This document shows positions 1-7,220 of a stretch of DNA of 25,144 nucleotides, piece after piece. The translations under genes were made by a program, and so were the position numbers. Numbering within the stretch: the stretch's first letter is position 1; every line of letters starts with the position of its first letter. The DNA comes from a virus (Duplodnaviria > Caudoviricetes), in the IMG/VR virus record IMGVR_UViG_3300037851_000085, positions 1-25,144 of that record; one strand, given 5' to 3'. Under the pieces are notes generated by a model that was not told where the DNA came from, made no database searches, and was given only the letters and a program-made list of their open reading frames with translations.

Positions 1-627
1 GTGAATGTAAATTCGCTTGTTACCTCCTCGTCCAACGATAATTTTATTACCTTCAGGCCAAGGATCAACAAATCTACGCTTTACCCAACTATGCCCAATT
101 CCGCCCGGCATACCTGCTGCACGAATAATAGCAGGTAGACCAGAATCTCTGGGAGAACGAACTCGCTGGAATCCAATATAAAGATAAATCCATTCCGTAT
201 ATGAAGTTAACTCATCTGGCGTATATAGACTGATTTCCATTGAGTCATACTTGTGAACGTCATCATCGTTCTCACAGTGACCCAAGAAAATCATTGCACC
301 CAAATTACCCATTCCCGTCCCACCTAATTGGTCAGGTCGCGGGAATGTCCATGCCATATCAGTGCGATTAAATGTAGCTCCAAATTTTAAATATAGTTCA
401 CGGCTTCGCGGAACGATCTCATTCTTTAACTCAGGAAACGTTCGGCGTTGAAAGACCTGTTTGAATCGCGGGTTTTCATGTAACCGATGAACGATTCCAT
501 ACACAAGTAATACGTCTGATTTTCCGGAACCAGCTCCACCACCATAAAACGCTTCTTTAATCGACCAGGGGATAGCAAGAAATGGTTCTTGTTTTCTATT
601 TGGTCGCCACTCGTTCCGGTCAGCCAT
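1..627 (-). CDS. terL: Terminase large subunit, N-terminal ATPase part (runs off window edge)
   Basis: Not in the ORF track. My translation from ATG 627 gives MADRNEWRPNRKQEPFL...EAFYGGGAGSGKSD (Walker A), RRTFPEL, YTPDELT (Walker B) and GMPGGIGHSWVKRRFVD (motif III region), open to base 1. Confidence 0.93.
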   Translation of the reverse strand, partial: MADRNEWRPNRKQEPFLAIPWSIKEAFYGGGAGSGKSDVLLVYGIVHRLHENPRFKQVFQRRTFPELKNEIVPRSRELYLKFGATFNRTDMAWTFPRPDQLGGTGMGNLGAMIFLGHCENDDDVHKYDSMEISLYTPDELTSYTEWIYLYIGFQRVRSPRDSGLPAIIRAAGMPGGIGHSWVKRRFVDPWPEGNKIIVGRGGNKRIYIH

Positions 628-628
628 A

Positions 629-919
629 CTACTTCACAGAACCCACAACAGTAGCCGTGCCAGATGTATAAGTTGTCATTTTTGCACGAAGAACTCGAAT
701 ACCATTCAGTGTTGCTGTAAATACATTACCCGTAGTCGAACTTGTCACAGCAGTAGTTGAATTAGCAGGCATCATCAGAACTGGTAGAAAGTTTGCACCG
801 TCTACAGAAGCCTGAAATGAGACTGTTCCTGAAAATGTTCCCCCGACCTGAACCGCGACACCTGATGCACCAGACGTAAATACATCGGTGTATGCGTTGG
901 TGGTAGATAAATCAGCCAT
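629..919 (-). CDS. Small beta-rich protein, probably virion-associated
   Basis: 96 aa, Thr/Ser/Gly/Val-rich (GTFSGTVSFQASVDGANF). GGAG RBS upstream; abuts the terL start. Confidence 0.65.
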   Translation of the reverse strand: MADLSTTNAYTDVFTSGASGVAVQVGGTFSGTVSFQASVDGANFLPVLMMPANSTTAVTSSTTGNVFTATLNGIRVLRAKMTTYTSGTATVVGSVK

Positions 920-927
920 TGATGCTC

Positions 928-1401
928 CTAATGAGGAATCCCTAACTTATTCATAATCTGGGATAACGCCCAACCATGATGGTCATAAATCATCTGATCT
1001 AATTGCGTGCCCATAGGAGGCTCAGAACCAGATGGTGGAAATACACCATTCAACGAATCAAAGGCTTCAACGGCTACAAATACTTGACCAGCGATATTGA
1101 TAGAATCAGGATTATCAACTACTGTAGTCGAGTCAGTTCCAACACCACCAAATAAATCCCAAGCAAGCAAAACACCGCCTGAGTTATTAGCCACAGTATC
1201 CTTACCAATTGGCGCACCTTCAGAAGACCTCTTAACTCCCCATCCTTTAGATGGTTCAGAAAATACTAATTGCCTCGCAAATCGAGCACACCAGTTTCGG
1301 AATACTTCATCTTTGGATGAACCCGGTTCCATATTGTATGGAAGTGAATACACTTCTAACAGTGCATCCCTGATATCTAGAACCCTATCCGGTAGTTTCA
1401 T
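928..1401 (-). CDS. Hypothetical protein next to holin-like gene
   Basis: ORF track gives 928..1437. ATG 1401 (MKLPDRV) is preferred because it overlaps the upstream gene by only 17 nt. Confidence 0.65.
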   Translation of the reverse strand: MKLPDRVLDIRDALLEVYSLPYNMEPGSSKDEVFRNWCARFARQLVFSEPSKGWGVKRSSEGAPIGKDTVANNSGGVLLAWDLFGGVGTDSTTVVDNPDSINIAGQVFVAVEAFDSLNGVFPPSGSEPPMGTQLDQMIYDHHGWALSQIMNKLGIPH

Positions 1402-1639
1402 CTTGTTGCTCTTGATGTTTATGATTAAATGCTGCACAAGTCACTTTAATACCAACGATAGTTCGTTCTATTCTATCTAACTGTGCAAGTATTCTAGAGA
1501 ACATTAGATCATTCTGTTTATTAGAATTCTCTAATAGAGTCTCAACTAAATTCACTCTGCCCTCTAATCTGACCGCCCAAACAATTGAACCAACTGCCCA
1601 GGCAACTATAGCGATAATTACGGCATAAAAAGGCTGCAT
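1385..1639 (-). CDS. Holin-like membrane protein
   Basis: 84 aa with a single N-terminal hydrophobic helix (FYAVIIAIVAWAVGSIVWAV) followed by an amphipathic/coiled-coil segment, typical of small phage holin-like proteins. Confidence 0.55.
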   Translation of the reverse strand: MQPFYAVIIAIVAWAVGSIVWAVRLEGRVNLVETLLENSNKQNDLMFSRILAQLDRIERTIVGIKVTCAAFNHKHQEQQDETTG

Positions 1640-1641
1640 GG

Positions 1642-2544
1642 TTATTTTTTAAACCTCTTTACAAACCTTTTTCCTTTATACCTTTTCCATGGAATTCCCT
1701 TAATATGGGGATTAATCCTTTTCCACTTATTCTGAGAAAGTAAATTTTCAATCTCAGGGCCAGCAGAAGGTAATGAACTCCTATCTGCAATTAATAAATC
1801 TAAAAATGATAACTGGCCTCGCGCTGATATTGCAATTTCAAGTTCTAACTGACTGACCTGACCTCTAGTAGGAGTTAGAACAAATGAAGGAGTTTCAAAT
1901 TCTACGAATGATAACTGACCTCTAGTTGGAGCTAATGGAGTCTCAAATTCAACGAATGAGACTTGACCTTTAGTCGATTTATTAGGAGTCTCAAATTCAG
2001 CCTGACTGACCCGACCGCGAGTGACTAAATTAGGAACTTCTAATTCACTAAAAGATAATTGGCCTCGCGTTAGTAAATTAGGAGTTTCTAATTCTGCATG
2101 ACTGACTTGACCTCTAGTTTGAATAGTTGGGACTTCGAATTCGGCCTGAGAAATCTGACCTCTAGTTTCAACTGATGGAACTTCTAATTCTGTTTGACTT
2201 AATAAGCCTCGCGTTTGAACGATTGGAACTTCGAACTCAGCCTGACTTAACTGACCGCGAGTTGATTTATTTGGTGTTTCAAATTCAGCATAACTTAACT
2301 GGCCTCTAGTTGATAATGATGGAGTTTCTAACTCCGCCTGACTTAATTGTCCTCTAGTAGGAACTACAGGAACTTCAAATTCCGCCTGACTTAGTTGGCC
2401 TCTAGTAGTTTTTAATGGAACTTCTAATTCAGCCTGACTGACTTGACCTCTGGATGCTAAACTAGGAACTTCTAACGTAGCATGAGATACCTGACCTCTT
2501 GTTGGTACAGGACCAGAAGAACTGAAGAAGATAATAAGTGACAT
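1642..2544 (-). CDS. 16-aa tandem-repeat protein (putative fibre/virion appendage) with basic C-terminal tail
   Basis: About 15 copies of xTRGQ[LV]SQAE[FL]E[VT]Pxx; C-terminus KWKRINPHIKGIPWKRYKGKRFVKRFKK. Confidence 0.75.
   Translation of the reverse strand: MSLIIFFSSSGPVPTRGQVSHATLEVPSLASRGQVSQAELEVPLKTTRGQLSQAEFEVPVVPTRGQLSQAELETPSLSTRGQLSYAEFETPNKSTRGQLSQAEFEVPIVQTRGLLSQTELEVPSVETRGQISQAEFEVPTIQTRGQVSHAELETPNLLTRGQLSFSELEVPNLVTRGRVSQAEFETPNKSTKGQVSFVEFETPLAPTRGQLSFVEFETPSFVLTPTRGQVSQLELEIAISARGQLSFLDLLIADRSSLPSAGPEIENLLSQNKWKRINPHIKGIPWKRYKGKRFVKRFKK
1790..2508 (-). repeat. Degenerate 48-bp coding tandem repeat, about 15 units
   Basis: Units such as TGACTxAxxTGxCCTCTAG and GGAACTTCxAAxTC recur with a 48-nt period matching the 16-aa repeat. 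Confidence 0.85.
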
Positions 2545-2557
2545 CGCATGTCTTTAA

Positions 2558-3232
2558 CTATTCATTAGTAAAGACAATGACTACGTTGACACTACCAACC
2601 GATGAGTTAGTAGTCTGGTCAATCTTGATCCCATAACCTTCGCGTAAGACTATGGGTTCAATTCCTTTAGTTAAAATACCAGAGACATGATTGAGTTGCG
2701 AAGCTAATGTCGCATAAGAGTTAGTTTCTTCTGATGAACCATTACAGTAAAGTAAAGTAGTAGCAGTAGTAGCACCACCAGTAGGCTTAGTCCTCGCAGT
2801 TACTTGCGCTGGTAATGCAGCACTAGCTGTATCATATGCCGCAGGAGTAGCTGTAGAACCACCAGTTCCTACTGCGCTAGTTCTAATGATTTCATATGTC
2901 TGACCAACACCAGTTACACCAGCTAATGTTGGAATAATAAAAATACCACGAACCTTAAGAATCTTACCTGAACCTGATGCATTGAACAGGTCAAGTAATG
3001 TAGTCCTCGTGGCTGCTACGTGAGCAGTATTACCAGTCGAAACTGCCCATGTTGGAAATGTAGGAGTTCTGGTAATATCTACATCTAATCCATATGTAGC
3101 ATCACCCTTAATGCCATCAGTTCCATCAGCAGTTCCATCTACCAGTTTGATCTTCTGGTAATGGACACCACTGACATCATCTGTAGCAACAGTAGTTCCT
3201 GATCCCGCAGTCCATGAGACATTATCAGCCAT
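2558..3232 (-). CDS. Putative virion structural protein
   Basis: 224 aa, Thr/Gly/Ala-rich. N-terminus MADNVSWTAGSGTTVATDDVSGVHYQKIKLVDG resembles N-termini of phage tail/appendage proteins; lies in the late operon. Confidence 0.6.
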   Translation of the reverse strand: MADNVSWTAGSGTTVATDDVSGVHYQKIKLVDGTADGTDGIKGDATYGLDVDITRTPTFPTWAVSTGNTAHVAATRTTLLDLFNASGSGKILKVRGIFIIPTLAGVTGVGQTYEIIRTSAVGTGGSTATPAAYDTASAALPAQVTARTKPTGGATTATTLLYCNGSSEETNSYATLASQLNHVSGILTKGIEPIVLREGYGIKIDQTTNSSVGSVNVVIVFTNE

Positions 3233-3242
3233 AGTAATTCAC

Positions 3243-3689
3243 CTACGGCTTGTTCATTACGACACGAAGATACAGATCAGAATAGTCAGTAATTGAATTA
3301 GCCTCGCCTGCGGAAAGATTATAAGAGTAATCAGTGAATGACCCCGCGCTAATATTACTCTGAGTCAATGTTGCAATCAGAGTTCCTGGAGTTCCTTCAC
3401 TGACATAACCCTGTCTTAATTGAACAGTCGCATCAATCTGATTACCACCAGATGATACGTCTGTTCCCATTCTTGCACGAATGGTATGACCAGTAGATGA
3501 AACTGGATCTGTTACCGCAGTTAATTTGGTAACATATGGAGCATTCGAAGGGTCTGCAACTGATCTGATATAATCAGCGTCAGATGCAACTGTTTCATTG
3601 ATAGTATCCCAGATATTGGTGGTTCCTCCACCTTGATCTGTATACGCACCAATAGAAGCATCGGTTGAGGGTCTACCATATTGAGGCAT
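3243..3689 (-). CDS. Putative virion structural protein (beta-rich)
   Basis: 148 aa, Ser/Thr/Asp-rich, ending ITDYSDLYLRV; tightly packed in the minus-strand operon. Confidence 0.6.
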   Translation of the reverse strand: MPQYGRPSTDASIGAYTDQGGGTTNIWDTINETVASDADYIRSVADPSNAPYVTKLTAVTDPVSSTGHTIRARMGTDVSSGGNQIDATVQLRQGYVSEGTPGTLIATLTQSNISAGSFTDYSYNLSAGEANSITDYSDLYLRVVMNKP

Positions 3690-3691
3690 GG

Positions 3692-4261
3692 TTATTCCTT
3701 AACTGTGATAACGTCGAATGACTCCTCTTTAGTAACTCGCGGTGCATAAAATACGAAAGTAGGCCCATTAGTCTGGCTGACACCAGAATCAGGTTCCATA
3801 TCTTTAACGATAGAAGACATAGCCTTAGCGACAACTGCTAAAACAGCGGGCTTCGCATTAATCAGCTTATCTTCTGTAATGTGATGAATTGCGCGAAGTA
3901 GGCGAGACTGAGCTTTCTTAGCAGAGAGCAACTTACGAGAATTGATATGACTTAATAAGTCTTCATTTTTCTCTTTATATGTCGCAAGGGAAGTAGCACC
4001 GGCAGAATATGCATCAACTGACTGCGGACTGATCTGTAATTCCCTCGCGAGTTCTATCGCGTCTTGTCTTCCTTCGATCTGCGAGGTCTCCGCCAGAATT
4101 CGTTGAATCGCGCGAGGAACATTATTATCCCCTTCTTTTCTACCAGGGGATGATAATTCTTTGACTAAAGAAACTGAATCTGACTGAATTGACTTGACCT
4201 CAAGACGACAATTCTCTAACTCTTTATCCAGTTCTTCGTCTGATACTATCTTGAGAGGCAT
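3692..4261 (-). CDS. HTH protein, possible terminase small subunit
   Basis: HTH-like AIELARELQISPQSVDAYS, helical middle, C-terminal beta segment GPTFVFYAP. First gene of the operon that contains terL. Confidence 0.5.
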   Translation of the reverse strand: MPLKIVSDEELDKELENCRLEVKSIQSDSVSLVKELSSPGRKEGDNNVPRAIQRILAETSQIEGRQDAIELARELQISPQSVDAYSAGATSLATYKEKNEDLLSHINSRKLLSAKKAQSRLLRAIHHITEDKLINAKPAVLAVVAKAMSSIVKDMEPDSGVSQTNGPTFVFYAPRVTKEESFDVITVKE

Positions 4262-4318
4262 GATTTGATCCTAATAGAGTCAATCTTTCAGTCCCTCTTA
4301 CACCCTTCCCGCAAGTGC

Positions 4319-4347
4319 ATTATACCACAAGACCGGCTGAAAATCAA
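4319..4347 (-). promoter_or_regulatory. Sigma70-type promoter for the leftward operon
   Basis: Minus strand TTGATT-17 bp-TATAAT with an extended TG (TGGTATAAT), about 58 nt upstream of ATG 4261. Confidence 0.8.
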
Positions 4348-4354
4348 ATTTTTA
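4342..4354 (+). promoter_or_regulatory. IHF consensus site overlapping the -35 box
   Basis: AATCAAATTTTTA matches WATCARN4TTR. It lies in AT-rich DNA, so a chance match is possible. Confidence 0.35.
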
Positions 4355-4442
4355 TATACTTAATATATTCATATGGAACATAAATAGGGGACCCATTCAA
4401 TAATTTATAATATTTTTACCTAGTAAGATGATTGCTAGCCAC

Positions 4443-4458
4443 GCAATTCTCGTGCCAA
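4443..4458 (-). promoter_or_regulatory. Sigma54 (RpoN) -24/-12 site
   Basis: Minus strand TTGGCACGAGAATTGC matches TGGCACG-N4-TTGC exactly and points at the late/packaging operon. Confidence 0.65.
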
Positions 4459-4529
4459 CCTGTTGAGGCTCCACAGACATCGGTCGCGGGGGGTAGTTTG
4501 ACTCCCTACTGTCGTCCTAAGTCCTTACC

Positions 4530-4542
4530 TATCAACGAGTTA
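4530..4542 (+). promoter_or_regulatory. IHF consensus site
   Basis: TATCAACGAGTTA matches WATCAAN4TTR, within the quasi-palindrome TAAGTCCTT-N7-AACGAGTTA (4518-4542). Confidence 0.6.
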
Positions 4543-4585
4543 CGAGGTAGTTGCTACTCATAGTATGTAGTCCGACAATCATAGG

Positions 4586-4601
4586 GCAAGAAATATGCCG
4601 A
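4586..4601 (-). promoter_or_regulatory. Second, weaker sigma54-type site
   Basis: Minus strand TCGGCATATTTCTTGC has correct GG-N10-GC spacing and the same orientation as 4443-4458. Confidence 0.4.
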
Positions 4602-4710
4602 GTTTCAGGTGGAACCCTCAACCAGTCTGAAACCTGACAGACTCCTGACCAAAGCTTGACACTAAATCCTACACTTTTTCTTGATTCCATGCTGCACCGA
4701 GGTCCACTTG

Positions 4711-4719
4711 TGTTAGACT
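4711..4719 (+). promoter_or_regulatory. Possible extended -10 promoter
   Basis: TGTTAGACT about 40 nt upstream of ATG 4762. A similar TGGTAGACT lies at 5632-5640. No good -35 at 17 bp. Confidence 0.35.
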
Positions 4720-4761
4720 GCTCTTGTCGGGATTGTCCGACAGAGACAGGAGAGAGACAAA

Positions 4762-5103
4762 ATGAGAAACGACACTGGTACCTTCAGGTTCACTGTTCCT
4801 GCGGATTCCCCGCAGGGGCGAGGCGGCGAGAAGCTTGAAGTGGGATTCTCGTTTCCCGTGTGCGAGTCCGACGAGGACATCACAGCGGTTCTCGCGGAGC
4901 GCAAGACTTCCGTTTTGGAAGTCATCAACAGCGTTCTCAGGGACAAGGCGAAGGCTGCAGCATATCAGTCTTTGCTCGCGTCCCACAAACCTGCGGACTT
5001 GAGCGCCGAGGATGCTCTTCAGGGAGTTATTCGCACGCTCGTGCGCACCGGCCTGAGCGTGGAGAAGGCCACAGAGCGCGCCCGGAAAATGATGGACGAG
5101 TAA
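4762..5103 (+). CDS. Early hypothetical protein (GC-rich, own terminator)
   Basis: 113 aa, AGGAG RBS, GC-rich third positions and no TTA codons. C-terminus VIRTLVRTGLSVEKATERA looks like a small three-helix (UBA/RuvA-C-like) motif. Confidence 0.8.
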   Translation: MRNDTGTFRFTVPADSPQGRGGEKLEVGFSFPVCESDEDITAVLAERKTSVLEVINSVLRDKAKAAAYQSLLASHKPADLSAEDALQGVIRTLVRTGLSVEKATERARKMMDE

Positions 5104-5171
5104 CAGACTCTCAGGGTTTCGCCGGGTTCCCCCCGGTTCCAAAGGCTGAGAGACTCGGCGGTCGGGATTCG

Positions 5172-5208
5172 AAAAGGGTCGGGGATTCAATCCCCGGCCT
5201 TTTTTTTT
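5172..5208 (+). terminator. Rho-independent terminator
   Basis: AAAAGGGTCGGGGA-TTCAA-TCCCCGGCC followed by T9. The 5' A-run suggests it may act in both directions. Confidence 0.9.
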
Positions 5209-5416
5209 GTGCCTGATTTCTGAGTCCAGTTTCTATCCGGGATAAGGTCTGTCGGAATTCTATCGGATTCTGTCAGTTCATTCCCCTGTCAGACTATTCT
5301 ACCTAATCAAGTCAATTCTTCAGTTTACTTCCCGGTCAATTCCCCTACCTTTCGGGTATGTTTCAGTCCCCTTTCGGAGTCGTTTCCAGGGTGTTCTATC
5401 GGCGTAAGTCGTTCTG

Positions 5417-5429
5417 TATCAGTCACTTA
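5417..5429 (+). promoter_or_regulatory. IHF consensus site
   Basis: TATCAGTCACTTA, within TAAGTCGTT-N7-AGTCACTTA (5405-5429). Confidence 0.6.
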
Positions 5430-5688
5430 GCCGGATCTCCCTCTCCCCAGTCAGGTAGGATGCCCTGTCGGGACTGGTGAGGCGGGTCAGAGGGTTGAGA
5501 TTCTTATTCTCTTTTTTATTTTTTTTTTTAATCATAACTCCTAATCATAGTGTCCACTTTTGAGGACATGTCATCTGGAGAGGACAGTCCATTCCCTGAC
5601 AGTTCTGTGACACTCCAGCCCGGACAGACTGTGGTAGACTGGAGCCCGGCGAGGGTCCGGGAGACAGGGGTCAGGTCAACTACCGTGG

Positions 5689-5701
5689 AATCAGTCACTT
5701 G
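5689..5701 (+). promoter_or_regulatory. IHF consensus site
   Basis: AATCAGTCACTTG shares ATCAGTCACTT with the 5417 site. Confidence 0.55.
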
Positions 5702-5844
5702 CAGCGAAACGGCACCCTCGAAACAATCAGGATTCGAGACTGAAAGGACTCAGAAAGGGGAAAGAAATGAGTAGGAAGTAAACTGAAAAACTCAAATCAT
5801 TACTCAAATCCAACTAACTCAGAATCAGACAGGGAGAAAAAACA

Positions 5845-6018
5845 ATGTATCCTCAGAAGTCCACAGTCCTCGCGTTCCTCACGAAGTCGGATTCGGCTTG
5901 CTGCACGACGGCGGAATTGCTGAAGCTCAAGCGCGACAATCCCGAGGATGTCAATATCCTCAAGCAGTGGGCAGCGGAAGAAATGCAGGCCCGTGGAATC
6001 GAAATCGAGGAAAAGTAA
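5845..6018 (+). CDS. Small early protein, 57 aa (below ORF-track cutoff)
   Basis: GGGAG RBS, MYPQKSTVLAFLTKSDSACCTTAELLKLKRDNPEDVNILKQWAAEEMQARGIEIEEK*, GC-rich codons, followed by a hairpin. Confidence 0.8.
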   Translation: MYPQKSTVLAFLTKSDSACCTTAELLKLKRDNPEDVNILKQWAAEEMQARGIEIEEK

Positions 6019-6027
6019 TGACAGATT

Positions 6028-6060
6028 AGGCGAGGTTGAATCAATTCCTCGCCTTTCATT
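6028..6060 (+). terminator. Hairpin / weak intrinsic terminator
   Basis: AGGCGAGG-N11-CCTCGCCT followed by TTCATT. Confidence 0.55.
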
Positions 6061-6102
6061 CAAACTCAATCAGACTCAATCAAACAGACTTACAATTGGA
6101 GT

Positions 6103-6807
6103 ATGAAACGAGAAACTACAATGCATAATCATCCATTCGCCACCAGACCTAAGCCGGACGAATGCGAATGCTGCACTAATTCTCTCAAGGGAGAATGGGC
6201 TACATTTTTCAAAGATATGTGGCTCTGCAAAGAATGCTGGTCAAAGGATAGTTTCATTGCACCTATGCTACCTCAGCCGGTAAAGCCTATCACTCCGATT
6301 ACAGTTAGGACAGATATCTTCAATGCTGTCTGTAACAGCATTGAAGAATTGCGAGTCCAAATTGAATCGGACGAGTCAGTCCAAAATAAGCACTACACTT
6401 TGGCAGAGATTCTACAAACGAAGATAAACGATTACAAGAAAGTAATCTTCGACCTTAACGAATCACTGGTCAATACTCAGAATGAACTGCGAGGGACTCA
6501 AGAATACTTGAATACCCTCGCGGTCAAACTGCGGTCAGAGGAACGCGAGAAACTTCGCCTTATGGACGCGGCATATTCGCCTAAGCCGCTCACCAAAATC
6601 CCCAAGCCTGTAATCGTCAAGACAAAATTCAATCGGAACCAGCTCCGCAAGGTTGCATCAGAATTGTCTGAGGAATTGGGCGTTCCTATTCCTGAGCATA
6701 TGGTGCAAGTCCTTGCGGTTAAGCGAGGTTCTATGGAGAAGGCTATTTCTGAAATCAGAATCACCATTCGGCAGATCAAGTCAGAGGTGGCAAATGACCA
6801 AGAATGA
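6103..6807 (+). CDS. Zn-finger + coiled-coil hypothetical protein
   Basis: CECC...WLCKEC at the N-terminus and a long heptad-like central region; GGAG upstream. Confidence 0.75.
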   Translation: MKRETTMHNHPFATRPKPDECECCTNSLKGEWATFFKDMWLCKECWSKDSFIAPMLPQPVKPITPITVRTDIFNAVCNSIEELRVQIESDESVQNKHYTLAEILQTKINDYKKVIFDLNESLVNTQNELRGTQEYLNTLAVKLRSEEREKLRLMDAAYSPKPLTKIPKPVIVKTKFNRNQLRKVASELSEELGVPIPEHMVQVLAVKRGSMEKAISEIRITIRQIKSEVANDQE

Positions 6808-6967
6808 AATGCTCCAACTCATAGAAGAAAAAATTCGAGAAAGTCAGCATAATCTGAATATGCTGGCAAGGTCAGCAAAAGAATTGCAAAAGAGAATTAA
6901 TGACCAAATCGAAGACTTGAGTTTTCACAAGCGAGTCAAGACTGTTATTGAAAATCTTGAGGAGTAA
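6794..6967 (+). CDS. Small coiled-coil protein, 57 aa
   Basis: 3' part of ORF 6653..6967. GAGGTG RBS before ATG 6794 (MTKNEMLQLIEEK). Confidence 0.65.
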   Translation: MTKNEMLQLIEEKIRESQHNLNMLARSAKELQKRINDQIEDLSFHKRVKTVIENLEE

Positions 6968-6972
6968 CTACA

Positions 6973-7218
6973 ATGTCTAACTACTGTAAACAATGTAGTG
7001 AATACTATTTCTTCGGCAAAGACTTCGAGGATGCGAAGGGAATTTCGACTCCAGAAGATACAGAGAGAGGGCTATACGCCGAAATTCTTTGTGATGGATG
7101 CGGACTTACTTTGGTAAATCACAATGGAGAATGCATAGATTGCCCTAAGAATGGATATAGTGGAGCAAACTATCCTCGTGTTCATTCACTTGAATTGACA
7201 TTCGGTGAGAAATATTAA
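6973..7218 (+). CDS. Small Cys-rich Zn-binding protein
   Basis: CKQC, CDGC and CIDC pairs; GAGGAG RBS. Confidence 0.75.
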   Translation: MSNYCKQCSEYYFFGKDFEDAKGISTPEDTERGLYAEILCDGCGLTLVNHNGECIDCPKNGYSGANYPRVHSLELTFGEKY

Positions 7219-7220
7219 TC

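Noticed and set aside
1790-2508. Periodic repeats as a CRISPR array
   Set aside because: Units are degenerate at third codon positions, have a 48-nt in-frame period and no unique spacers, so this is a coding repeat.
4656-5216. Overlapping ORFs 4656+, 4669-, 4713-, 4860+
   Set aside because: Shadow frames of the GC-rich 4762..5103 gene, which has the RBS and terminator.
5550-6069. ORFs 5550..5774 (+), 5800..6069 (-), 5853..6059 (-)
   Set aside because: The first has no RBS and spans regulatory motifs; the other two are antisense to the well-supported 5845..6018 gene.
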